64,000 nt of DNA from the NCBI GenBank assembly GCA_965261545.1, contig CBDHDF010000011.1, positions 896,001 to 960,000 of the forward strand, in the 5' to 3' direction. The stretch comes from Bdellovibrionales bacterium. GTDB lineage: Bacteria > Bdellovibrionota > Bdellovibrionia > Bdellovibrionales > UBA1609. Under the pieces are notes generated by a model, which worked only from the letters and a program-made list of their open reading frames with translations, was not told the DNA's origin and made no database searches. The stretch's first letter is position 1. The number at the start of each line of letters is the position of its first letter. A program made the translations under genes and the position numbers. Below are positions 10,423-20,690 of the stretch, one piece after another.

Positions 10423-12334
10423 CCCGAGTTTGACAGCAGCATCTGCGTTAAAATGCGAAATTTCCAGAAATTGGGGTTGTACTGAAATATAATGGTAGCT
10501 GCTGGAAAAATTAAAATTGACGTAAAAAAAGTGTAGAAAACAAAATAGGATTTTATCGTTTTAAATATTGATATATCATAGAAATATGTAGAAAATATCC
10601 TCATGTACATCCAAACGACTAAAAACTCAAAAGGTCAGTGCTACTACCACCTTGTGGAGTCCTACAGAGAAAAAGGCAAATCCAAAAAACGCATGCTCAT
10701 GTCCTTAGGTAAGGCTGGAGAAGGAGGAGAGGATAAGATTAATAGTTTGGCGCAGGCGTATCCCGCCACCGAGAGCTTCTCACTGTGAGTCAATTGGCTA
10801 AGGAGCTTTACATCGAAGAGACTTTCATTTTGGGTCCCTTGCTGATTTTACAAAAGTTGTTTGATCAACTGGGTATCAATAAGACCCTCAAAGACATAAA
10901 AGATTCTCATGAGAAAGTTCAATTTGATTTATGTAAGGTGATTTTTACCTTAGTTGCCAGCCGATTTATTGCTCCTAGTTCCAAGTTAAAGGTTTTTGAG
11001 TATTGGCAAAAATCTTTTTACCCAGACATGATTAAGGGTGATTTGAGTCTCCAGCATATTTATCGGTCTATGGACTTACTTGCCTCCCATAAGGATGAAA
11101 TAGAGAACTCGCTTTATTGGGTGGGGCGAGATTTATTTAATTTCCAAGTAGACATTGTGTTGTATGATTTAACAACCTTACGCTTCGAGAGTACAAGAAC
11201 AGACTTAGGGAAACTTCGTCAATTTGGCTATAGTAAAGAGAGACGATCAGACTGCACCCAAGTTGTCTTTGGTTTGTTGGTGAATCGGGATGGCATCCCT
11301 TTAGGTTTTGAGGTTTTCCCTGGTAATACTTTTGAAGGCAAGACGCTTTCAGATATTGTTGATAAAATGAGAAAAAAGTTTAATGTACGCCGTTTCATTT
11401 TTGTGGCTGATAGGGGGCTTTTATCAAAGGCTAATACTGACAAACTCAGTGAGGATCAAAGCGAGTTTATTGTTGGTATGAAGCTTGGATCTTTAAAAAA
11501 AGAAAAGAAACAAGAGGTCTATGATTTAAATCGTTTTAGCTGGGTATATGAGAATGAGCTTGCTGTTTACGAAACAGACCATGGGGGGCATAGATGTATT
11601 GTGACTTGGTCTAGGAAAAGAGCAGAGAGGGATAAAAAATCTAGAGAATCCCTTCTTGAAAAGATCGAAGGAAAACTATCTTCTAAAGGTGTTCAGTCTA
11701 GTACTTTTGTTTCCAATAAAGGTTATAAGAAATATGTAAAGATGGCTGACGACAAAAATAAAAAACCTGAATTAAATGCAGAACAAATAGAATTAGATGA
11801 AAAAATTGATGGTTTTTTTGCCGTCCTTACAAATGTCAAAGACTTGACGGCAGATGAGATTATTATCAACTACAAAGAATTGTGGAAAATTGAAGATGCT
11901 TTTGGTGAGTTAAAAGGGACTTTGAAAACACGTCCTGTTTTCCATTGGACAGACCAGAGGATTATTGGACATTTAACTCTATGCTTTTTAACTTATCTTT
12001 GTGAGGCCCACCTTACAAAATGTTTAAGAGATAAGAAGATGAACCTAAAAAGCCCAGCCATAGGCATTGGTCATGTTAAAGAGCGACCTTTAACTGTTGT
12101 AGAGGCCATGAGGGAACTCAAGGAAGTTAGGGCTATCCCTGTTAAAATTCGTGATCAAGTCATTTGGACCCGCACAGATATCACTGGCAATGCCAACTCC
12201 TTATTTAAAGCCGCAGGCGTCCCCATCCCTCCCAGAATCCTTAATGCCCACAAGTGTGGATAAACAAAATACAACTATATGCGTTAATCCTTTAATATCA
12301 TTCGTTTGACGCAGATGCTGCTGTCAAACTCGGG
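10423..12334 (+). mobile_element. IS1634-family element IS1634-A
   Basis: TIRs CCCGAGTTTGACAGCAGCATCTGCGT at both ends; no TSD. Confidence 0.92.
10603..12263 (+). pseudogene. IS1634-A transposase, frameshifted near 10759
   Basis: Alignment with 14059-15720 (KRHKEILTVAE versus SRHRELLTVSQ in the other frame) implies a 1-bp deletion; YDLTTLRFE, ADRG and LWKIEDAF motifs present. Confidence 0.85.
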
Positions 12335-12850
12335 AGACATGCTGAGCCTGATCCTATAGGGGAAGATGGAGGCGTTTCTAAGGGGGGTGTGGCTTCCCCT
12401 AGAAGAACCTGCTGATTGAATTCTGTGGAGGAGACCGAAACTTCCTTGGGCTTTTCGAACTGGGCCACAGGAAGGCTTGGAGGCTCCGCAGAGCAAATTT
12501 CAGGAGAACATGAAGATGAACATGACTCTGCTTCTGAGCACACCGAAAAGGCTGGAGATTTTGGCTCTATACCTCCTGTACGCCCCTTTTTGGCAATGAC
12601 CCTATGGGCTTTCGCATACTCTGAAACCGTAGATCGACCTACATGTAGCCTTTTCGCTATTTTACGAAATGAGTGACCTGCTATAATTAATGTTAATATC
12701 TCTTCTTGTTTTTGTTTATTCAAGACGTTCATCCTTCCCTCCCAGGTTGTTTTCTAGAAGGTATTTTACAATACGCCTTGTCAGATATTAAATTTTAAAT
12801 GGCCTGGTTTGCCCGCCCACAAATGGCCTGGTTTGCCCTCCCCTCCGGGG
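12335..12850 (-). mobile_element. Left-end fragment of an IS21-like element (IS21-D) with an IstA-like N-terminal HTH
   Basis: ORF MNVLNKQKQEEILTL...SFRKIAKRLHVGRSTVSEY; tandem AAATGGCCTGGTTTGCCC repeats at about 12797-12838; a second remnant lies at 29880-30030. Confidence 0.7.
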
Positions 12851-13357
12851 AAAGTTGGAGAACCGAATCGGCAAAAGCCAAGTCTAAACAGAGCAAAGAG
12901 GAAAGTTCAACCAAAGAAGTTCATTAGAGATCCCCACTTTTGGGGAAGGAACTCGCCAGTTATCCACAAAATTTATCCACAGCAGCACTGCGTTGCTAGA
13001 CATCGGGGTCACAGCCGCAGTGTCGCCATGGATAAATTTATGGATAACTGGCTTTTACCGTACTATTTGCTCGTCACTCTCGCGGAGCTTTAGACATTAG
13101 CTGCGCCAAGGAATCCTGAAAAATACTCCATTTACCTCTGCCATAGGGCTGAAGGATGCATTTGGGGTCATGCCAAAAGTGGTGGGCAGAAAATCATTCC
13201 TCAGAATCTTGTGGCATAGTCCGAGTTAAATGATGAGCAAAATAAAGACACTTGACTAAACTCTGAACGAAGAATAACTAAATCAGTACATCATCAACTG
13301 GCCGTTTTTCATTGGCGACGGCTTCTAAAAATGGCCAATTTTAATTGGCGCCTAACA
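12851..13357 (+). mobile_element. Right-end fragment of IS21-A
   Basis: Reverse complement of 18852-19358; ends ...TGGCGCCTAACA. Confidence 0.9.
12955..13052. repeat. 98-bp imperfect palindrome with DnaA-box arms (also at 19157-19254 and 24931-25028)
   Basis: GCCAGTTATCCACAAAATTTATCCACAG...CATGGATAAATTTATGGATAACTGGC. Confidence 0.88.
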
Positions 13358-13358
13358 G

Positions 13359-13799
13359 ACGGGTCGCTCCACTCGTTATACGGCGGCTCTCGACCGTGAA
13401 AATATCAAGGATAACCCAGATGGAGAGGAAAGTGTTCTTGTGCAGATAAAACAGCATAGAAACCCTTTGTTCAAAGATCCCGACGTGGCTGCCTATGATA
13501 CAAGGTTAACACCCCTCAATGATGTGAAAAAAGACTGCTATAGTTTTCAACAAAGGGTGCTCCCGGTCTACGAAACACTGGCTGTGCCAGCGGGCAATAC
13601 CCTTCCAGGGCTTGAGCATGAGGCCCATGAAAATGCTGTTCTTGTTTACTATATCCAGGTTTTACAAGACGATCCTGATAGCATGGGGATTCTTAAGCAC
13701 AGTGTGCAAAAACTAGGAACAGACCCCTTGCTCAACGGCCTTCAGGTAAAAGATGGTACATTTCGTGAGTACAGTCCTCCCGATTCCCGATCTCCATAG
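13359..13799 (+). pseudogene. Probable C-terminal fragment of the VWA/MtsD-like gene
   Basis: Frame open from the IS boundary (TGRSTRYTAALDRE...CYSFQQRVLPV...NAVLVYYIQVLQDDP); same strand as 9223-10422. Confidence 0.6.
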
Positions 13800-13933
13800 C
13801 ACGACGAGAGACCTCCATCAGATTGCTCTAAATTGTGTGAAACCAATTTAACTTTCATTTGTCCTTCCTTCTTTGCCTCTAGGCTTGCTACTCCTTCTCC
13901 GGAGGGCCAACAGTGTAATTGTTGTTGTTATCT

Positions 13934-15892
13934 CCCGAGTTTGACAGAAGCATTTGCGTCAAACATGTAGTATCAAGTACTTAACGCACACAGTTGTTTT
14001 TTGTGCCACCACAAATCGGAGGATCAGACTGAATGCGTTATTTTGAGCCTGCTTTTTTCTACCTACATGGTTGAATCTCCCCACACTTGAGTAGTTTGGG
14101 AGGAATAGCCCGTCCTGTGGCTCGAAATAAGGCCGCTGCATTACCGGCAATATCTGTGCGTACCCACACGGTACGATGACCTATTTTAACAGGTATAGCT
14201 TTGACCTCCCGTAATTCCTTCATAGCTTCCACTATGGTCAAGGCCCTTGGCTTTATAGCTTTATCCTCAATAGCTTGGCTTTTTAAAGCTAACTTTTTGT
14301 CTCTGAGCCTCTTTGTTAAATGAGCCTCACATAAATAAGCCAAGAAACACAAGACCAGGTGACCGATAATTCTATTATCGGTCCAATGAAAAATAGGACG
14401 GGTTTTCAAAGTTCCTTTTAGCTCCCCAAAGGCATCTTCTATCTTCCAAAGCTCCTTATAATTCTTAAGGATTTCGCTAGATTTCACGTCTTTGACGTTA
14501 GTTACAATAGCAAAAAAGCCATCCTTTTTTTCTTCTTCATCTATGAATTTTACATTAAGTATGGGTTTCTGATCTTTACTGTCAGGAATATGTACATATT
14601 TTTTATAACCTTTATTGGAAATAAAAGTATTGATTTTGACGCTCTTGGATGATAATTTCTTTTTAACCTTCTCAATAATTTCTGATCGAATTTTTCGATC
14701 TCTTTTAGCTCTCTGACAAGACCAAGTGACAATACATCTATATTTTTCAAATTCCTTTTCATAAATGGCCAATTCGTCTTTTATAACCCAACTAAAGTTA
14801 TCAATATTGTAAGCATCCTCCTTGAAATCCTTTTTCAAGGTACCCAATTTCATGCCTACAATAAACTCCCCATTACAATCACTCAGTGTTCTCAAATTAT
14901 CTTTGGAAAAAAGCCCTCGATCCGCCACAAAAATAAAACGCCCAACACAGAACTTCTTTCTCATCTTATCAACTATGCTAGAAATAGTGTGACCCTCAAA
15001 AGTATTTCCAGGATAAACCTCAAAGCCCAAGGGGATTCCATCTCGGTCAACCAAAAGACCAAAAATAACCTGAGTGCAGTCAGAACGCATCTCTTTACTG
15101 TAACCAAACTGGCGAAGATCCCCTAAATCCGTTCTCGTACTTTCAAAACGAAGTGTGGTGAGATCATATAGAACAATGTCTACCTGTCGATTAAATAAGT
15201 CCCTATCTCTATGAAATAAAGACATCTCAATGTCGTCTTTATGCTGGGAAAGCAGGTCTATGGCTCTATAAAATTGGTGTAATTGGATATCTCCTTCCAA
15301 CATATCAGGATAAAATAAATTTTGCCAATGTTCAAAAATCTTTAATTTTGATCCGGGCTGAACAAAACGGCTAGCAACAATGGTAAATACGATCTTTTGT
15401 AAATCAAATTTGATTTTCTTATGAGAGTCTGTGATTTCCTTGAGAGCATCGTTGATTCCCAAATCTTCAAACATTTTTTCCAAAATAAGGAGGGGACCCA
15501 AAATAAAAGTCTTGTCAATGGAGACGCTTTTAGCCAATTCCGCAACTGTAAGAATCTCCTTATGACGCTTCGCAGAATTGAGTAAGCTATCTAAATTGCC
15601 ATCCTCGACACGGCCCAAAGAAAGTAAGGTACGCTTGCGAACTTTCTTACCCTCTCGGTAGGACTCCACGATGTGGTAGTAGGTCTGTCCAGCCTGATTT
15701 TTGACTTTCCGTATGAACATAAGGAAATGTGACTACTAAAAATGAATAAGATCAAGTGATAACAGTAATGTGAATGATTTTTCTTCATATTTTGTTTACC
15801 ACACTTTTTTCCGCAAATTCGCTCTACTATGGATATATTTTAGCTCAGACCAATTTTAGCCATTTAACACACCTGCTGCTGTCAAACTCGGG
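13934..15892 (-). mobile_element. IS1634-family element IS1634-B (relative of IS1634-A)
   Basis: Ends CCCGAGTTTGACAGAAGCA and TGCTGCTGTCAAACTCGGG. Confidence 0.92.
14059..15720 (-). CDS. IS1634-family transposase, 553 aa, intact
   Basis: YYHIVESYREG, YDLTTLRFE, FGYSKE, VADRG, YKELWKIEDAF, RPIFHW. Confidence 0.94.
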   Translation of the reverse strand: MFIRKVKNQAGQTYYHIVESYREGKKVRKRTLLSLGRVEDGNLDSLLNSAKRHKEILTVAELAKSVSIDKTFILGPLLILEKMFEDLGINDALKEITDSHKKIKFDLQKIVFTIVASRFVQPGSKLKIFEHWQNLFYPDMLEGDIQLHQFYRAIDLLSQHKDDIEMSLFHRDRDLFNRQVDIVLYDLTTLRFESTRTDLGDLRQFGYSKEMRSDCTQVIFGLLVDRDGIPLGFEVYPGNTFEGHTISSIVDKMRKKFCVGRFIFVADRGLFSKDNLRTLSDCNGEFIVGMKLGTLKKDFKEDAYNIDNFSWVIKDELAIYEKEFEKYRCIVTWSCQRAKRDRKIRSEIIEKVKKKLSSKSVKINTFISNKGYKKYVHIPDSKDQKPILNVKFIDEEEKKDGFFAIVTNVKDVKSSEILKNYKELWKIEDAFGELKGTLKTRPIFHWTDNRIIGHLVLCFLAYLCEAHLTKRLRDKKLALKSQAIEDKAIKPRALTIVEAMKELREVKAIPVKIGHRTVWVRTDIAGNAAALFRATGRAIPPKLLKCGEIQPCR

Positions 15893-16176
15893 ACAATCTC
15901 ATCCATGGAAACATATGGTGACATCTTGCTATCATAAAGAAAGTTAATTCTCCCAATGGCATGAATAATCCCCGCAGCCCAAATTTCTACTCTTCCTGTC
16001 ATGTAAGGGACTTGTCTTTTTCGAGACATTCTTGCTACTACACCGTGACAGAGGTTTTTATACTCATCGTTTATATATTGGTCACAAAAATCACTAATAG
16101 CCTTTTCAAGTTCTTTCCTTCTTGGTTGAATGATTTGCTTCTTTTTCATTGGGCCTCCTGTTAACCTTATTACCAT
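15893..16176 (-). pseudogene. 5' part of a split DUF6398-like gene
   Basis: FCDQYINDEY...GRVEIWAAGIIHAIGRINFLYD; joins 8762-8981. Confidence 0.8.
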
Positions 16177-16807
16177 GTTTCACCTCATGATAAAGGATTA
16201 TCGCTATGAGTTTATGCCCAGAAGGCCTCGAAACCAAGGTCCACCCTGCCAAGGTATCTAGTTCCTGTCCAGGGAAGAAAGTTAAGTAGTTTTAAGTATT
16301 TACATGCCTTCCCTTTAGATTTTATGCTTTAAAATGGAGTCCATCAAACATAATCCGTGTAAATTCAGTTACTTACATAAAACGGAAAAATAAAATAAGT
16401 TCCCCCCCCCTCTCTTGACGAACCTTTCACAGCCCCTCCCTTTCAGTGACTTATGTGGCTATCAACTGGTTACTTGATATGAGAGGAAGAGTTGGATCAA
16501 CCTGTGTTTCCACCGTGGTGATTTCAAACCTCCTTCAGGGAAATAACATTACGTTGCGCATCAACTTCAAAAAATACTTGACGTGTTTTTTCAGAGAAAT
16601 AATTTTTGATATTTTATTCTTCATTTATTTTTTATGTAGGTTTTAGGAGGCGTGGGAACCTCTCTATGAGGTAGAATTCTTATCCATGTTCTCCGAGAAC
16701 CTCTCTGATTTTTTTCTTCTTAAAAGACATCCTTGCTCACTTTTTTCCCTCAAAAAAACGTATGTTAATATAAAAATTAAAGAGAAACTTTCACCAAAGG
16801 GGGGACT

Positions 16808-18172
16808 ATGCGCCATTTGAAGAAGACACAGTTGGGACTCTTTTCCCAATATCCTAACCACCAACTCAGTACAGAATTGCAGCAAATTAATAACATCATT
16901 GATCGCCATCCAGAGTTTGCCCATATGGTTCATGAAGACCTTGTTAAAGAAAAGAAAGATTCTGGTGATATTGGTATGACATCGGAGCAAGTTCTCAAGG
17001 TGGCTATTCTTAAATCCATAAGAGGTCTTTCCTATCGTGCGTTAGCCTTTAATCTTGTCGATTCAGTATCCACCAGAGCTTTTCTGGGCCTTGAATTGGA
17101 AGAAAATTACGCTCACTCCACCTTACAGGACTTGATTGTTCAAATAAGTGAAGAAACTTGGGGAATTATTAGCGCCTCTTTAGTTTCAGATGCAAGAGAT
17201 CAAAAGATTGAGCCGTGTAAGAAAATGAGATTGGACAGTACAGTGACGAAATCAAATATTCATCATCCAACGGATGCATCGCTTTTATATGACTGCATAA
17301 GAGTTACAGAAAGAGAATTTAAAAAAGTTCGTAAAAATGTCATGAAAGATTTTTGGCGACTTATTTCAAGAGAAGATCTTAAGAGAGCAAAAACCTTGCT
17401 TTACAAAATTAATAATTCCAAAAATGATGCGGAAAGACTACCTTGCTATAAGGAGCTTTTAAAAATCGCTACCAAATTGAACAAAGGATTACCTGATACC
17501 ATCAGAAAGATAAAAAAAGAACAAAAATGTGTGAAGATGAATGCTTTGAAAAAGAGTCTAAAACAGTTAGAAAATGTTGCCTTCTACCTGGAAAAAATCA
17601 TCTTTCAAACTCAAAAAAGAGTTATTGAGGGGAAAAAAGTATCTTCTGAAAAAAAGGTCCTATCCATCTTTGAACCGCATACAGACATTATTGTAAAGGG
17701 GCAAAGAGAAGTCGAGTTTGGGCATAAAATCTTTTTGACCTCAGGGCAAAGCAACATGATTTTAGATTGTCAGATCCCTGATGGCAACCCCGCAGACTCT
17801 GATATGTTTTTAAAAGTTATGAATTCAGTGACACAAACCTATGGGGCTTGCCCTGTAAAAGTAAGTGCAGATGGTGGGTTTGCTTCAAAAGAAAATCTTG
17901 AAGAGGCCAAAGAGATGGGGGCTAAAGATGTTTGCTTCCCAGAAAAAAAAGGAATGAAAATATTAAAGATGGTTAAAAGTGCTTGGGTCTTTAAAAATCT
18001 TCTCAATTGGAGAGCCGGAATAGAGGCTGTTATTTCATTCCTTAAGAGATGTTTTGGTATGAGAGTTGCTTACTGGAAAGGGCATGATGGTTTTAAGAGG
18101 TATGTAAAGAATGCCGTTTGTGCCTATAATTTTGTTGTCTTGGCAAGACATGAATTATCAACTGTCACCTAA
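16808..18172 (+). CDS. ISNCY/IS5-like DDE transposase, 454 aa
   Basis: RLDSTVT, HHPTDASLL, EFGHK, ADGGF, WRAGIEAVISFLKR. Confidence 0.9.
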   Translation: MRHLKKTQLGLFSQYPNHQLSTELQQINNIIDRHPEFAHMVHEDLVKEKKDSGDIGMTSEQVLKVAILKSIRGLSYRALAFNLVDSVSTRAFLGLELEENYAHSTLQDLIVQISEETWGIISASLVSDARDQKIEPCKKMRLDSTVTKSNIHHPTDASLLYDCIRVTEREFKKVRKNVMKDFWRLISREDLKRAKTLLYKINNSKNDAERLPCYKELLKIATKLNKGLPDTIRKIKKEQKCVKMNALKKSLKQLENVAFYLEKIIFQTQKRVIEGKKVSSEKKVLSIFEPHTDIIVKGQREVEFGHKIFLTSGQSNMILDCQIPDGNPADSDMFLKVMNSVTQTYGACPVKVSADGGFASKENLEEAKEMGAKDVCFPEKKGMKILKMVKSAWVFKNLLNWRAGIEAVISFLKRCFGMRVAYWKGHDGFKRYVKNAVCAYNFVVLARHELSTVT

Positions 18173-18327
18173 ATTTATCCATTAGGAATAACAGCAATGG
18201 ACCAGGTCGAAGGTGCTAAAATCTTCCAAAGGTAGGGGTGCGTCTTCAAATCGAAAAAACTAGGGCGCAAGTCGCTTAAAGACCTTTTTCCCCTTAATCT
18301 GTAGAGTTTGTGTGGCAAATCTCCAAC

Positions 18328-18376
18328 TCTCACTCCCCCATTGAGGCATTGGGAGGCTCAATGGGGAGTGTCAGAG
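18328..18376 (+). terminator. Strong hairpin in the ISC 3' trailer (present in all four copies)
   Basis: CACTCCCCCATTGAG ... CTCAATGGGGAGTG. Confidence 0.5.
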
Positions 18377-19986
18377 AACAAAAAATGGGCCTTTCTGGAC
18401 AGAAACTATCTATTATCGTCACAGAATCCGATCCTCTGATTCAACTGGCCAACCACGTCGATTGGAGCTATCTGTCGTGTCTTGTCATGCCCGACTTAAA
18501 AGCCACGACTGCAAAGGGTTTTTGGTGGCTAGGAAGAAAGCTCTTTTTAAGAGTTCATCTAGCCGTGCTGCTGCTTCAGGTTCTATTCAAACTCACGGAT
18601 CGAGGGGTGGAGCAACGGATAAAAGAGACGGCCAGTTATCAGCTTTTTTGTGGTCTAAATATCCTCAAAAAATGGTGTTGTCCCGATCATACGAAAATAG
18701 AAAAATTTCGCAATCGACTGACGGAAGAGACTCACAAAGAAATAGGAGATTATATTCTTCGCTTGGCTCAATCCCTGGGGTTTGCAGACGCCTCTCATTT
18801 GGATGTCGATTCGACCGTTCAGGAAGCCAATATGGCTTATCCCTCCGATGCTGTTAGGCGCCAATTAAAATTGGCCATTTTTAGAAGCCGTCGCCAATGA
18901 AAAACGGCCAGTTGATGATGTACTGATTTAGTTATTCTTCGTTCAGAGTTTAGTCAAGTGTCTTTATTTTGCTCATCATTTAACTCGGACTATGCCACAA
19001 GATTCTGAGGAATGATTTTCTGCCCACCACTTTTGGCATGACCCCAAATGCATCCTTCAGCCCTATGGCAGAGGTAAATGGAGTATTTTTCAGGATTCCT
19101 TGGCGCAGCTAATGTCTAAAGCTCCGCGAGAGTGACGAGCAAATAGTACGGTAAAAGCCAGTTATCCATAAATTTATCCATGGCGACACTGCGGCTGTGA
19201 CCCCGATGTCTAGCAACGCAGTGCTGCTGTGGATAAATTTTGTGGATAACTGGCGAGTTCCTTCCCCAAAAGTGGGGATCTCTAATGAACTTCTTTGGTT
19301 GAACTTTCCTCTTTGCTCTGTTTAGACTTGGCTTTTGCCGATTCGGTTCTCCAACTTTCTTTTCCTTCAATGTTGAGGGTTTCACAGTTGTGAATAATTC
19401 GATCAACAGCAGCAGCGGTGGTAATAGGGTTAAGAAACACCTTATCCCATTCAGAGTAAGTTAAGTTTGTAGTGATCATGAGACTTTTCCTTTCATATCG
19501 CTGAGATATGAATTGAAAGAAAAGATCAGCACCCTCTGTGCAGGAAGCTGTATAGCCAAGTTCATCACAAGCAATAAGATCAAAACGGTCTAATTTCTTA
19601 AAAAGAGCATTCAATGAGAGTTCTTTCTTGCTTTCACGCATTGTTTCAATAAGTTCATGAGTCAATGCCGTTTCCTTAAGCCACCACACCCCTCTGCCTC
19701 TGCGTTAAGCTATTTCTTTTAAAAGAACTCCCAGCCCTTTTGATAGACCTTTCATAGCTTCTTTTGAAGTGCCTCCTCTTCTCCATTGAAATCTTCATCA
19801 GCAACTTTATCTGCTTCCTAAATTTCTGATAGAGCCCCGCAACAAAAAGGGGGATGCTATCCATTATGAAATCAAGAATCAGTTTAAAGTTAGGTTTTTT
19901 GTAGTCATTTTTTACCAACTGATTCACACTGTCTTCATCCTCATTTATGCTCATTTGAATCTTTGTATAATTGAAGTGTACAATTG

Positions 19987-20333
19987 GTTACGGTAGGAAT
20001 GCGTGTTGCCACGCACCCCCCGCACAGATCCGGACGTGCTCGTTAAAGCATCCGGCTCCTACTTCAGGTGGTACCGCATAGCGAACCTATCTGTTGGCCA
20101 CGGGTGGCGTATGGATATACGAGGCCAGAATAGACGAATCATTCTATCCAACCTCTTCCACGAGAATCTCCGTCCACGCTGTGAGCGTCGTCGGATGGCT
20201 TTCATCCAAGCACTCCTGATTGCGCAAATAAATTTTCGTAGGTACACCGTACTTCCTGGAACCGCAAAATAATTGAGCCAGCCTTTGATGACCAAACCCA
20301 ACCACTTTGCACATTCCGCTAGGTCCCTCGTGT
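19987..20333 (-). mobile_element. 3' fragment of the RT-encoding group II intron, attached to a 10-bp IS21-C-type terminus (19977-19986)
   Basis: Reverse complement of the last 347 nt of the intron at 45881-47790, preceded by TGTACAATTG. Confidence 0.9.
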
Positions 20334-20690
20334 CAATGCCGTTTCCTTAAGAAAAATCTCTTGAAATTATTAGATAAATCGACAAGAATAAGACTTGTTT
20401 TATTTTACACCCAACCCTCAACCAAGGAGTAAGTCACATGCAATCCAATATTGATCTCGAAAGCCCCCAAATGACGAGTTCGCGTCACAGATGACCATTT
20501 TATTCTACCAAAACTTGATTCTTCCTTCAAGCCAGAGCACCTTGTCGATCCAGAAAAACAAAAAAGGAATCGAAAATTTAATCCTCAAATTTTCTTTTTT
20601 ACTATTATCTATCTTATTTCCGGAACAAATTACGAAGGCTACCAAATCGCTCTTAAGACGGTATGGACTCATTTTGGTGACCTGCTTCTC

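Larger units (their letters stand above)
8982..15892. mobile_element. Composite segment bounded by IS1634-type ends, with a 36-bp TSD
   Basis: CCCGAGTTTGACAGCAGCA at 8982 and its inverse ending at 15892; ACAATCTCATCCATGGAAACATATGGTGACATCTTG at 8946-8981 and 15893-15928. Confidence 0.85.
16261..18406 (+). mobile_element. ISC copy 1 (ISNCY/IS5-like element, about 2.15 kb)
   Basis: Ends GTTCCTGTCCAG ... CTGGACAGAAAC; 6-bp TSD TATCTA. Confidence 0.92.

Noticed and set aside
18310..18900. ORFs starting MWQISNSH, MCGKSP or MWWLKET as real genes
   Set aside because: They are chimeras of IS-end sequence read into interrupted transposase fragments.
19157..19254. Chromosomal oriC
   Set aside because: The DnaA boxes lie inside IS21 elements in three copies, and no dnaA/dnaN context is present.
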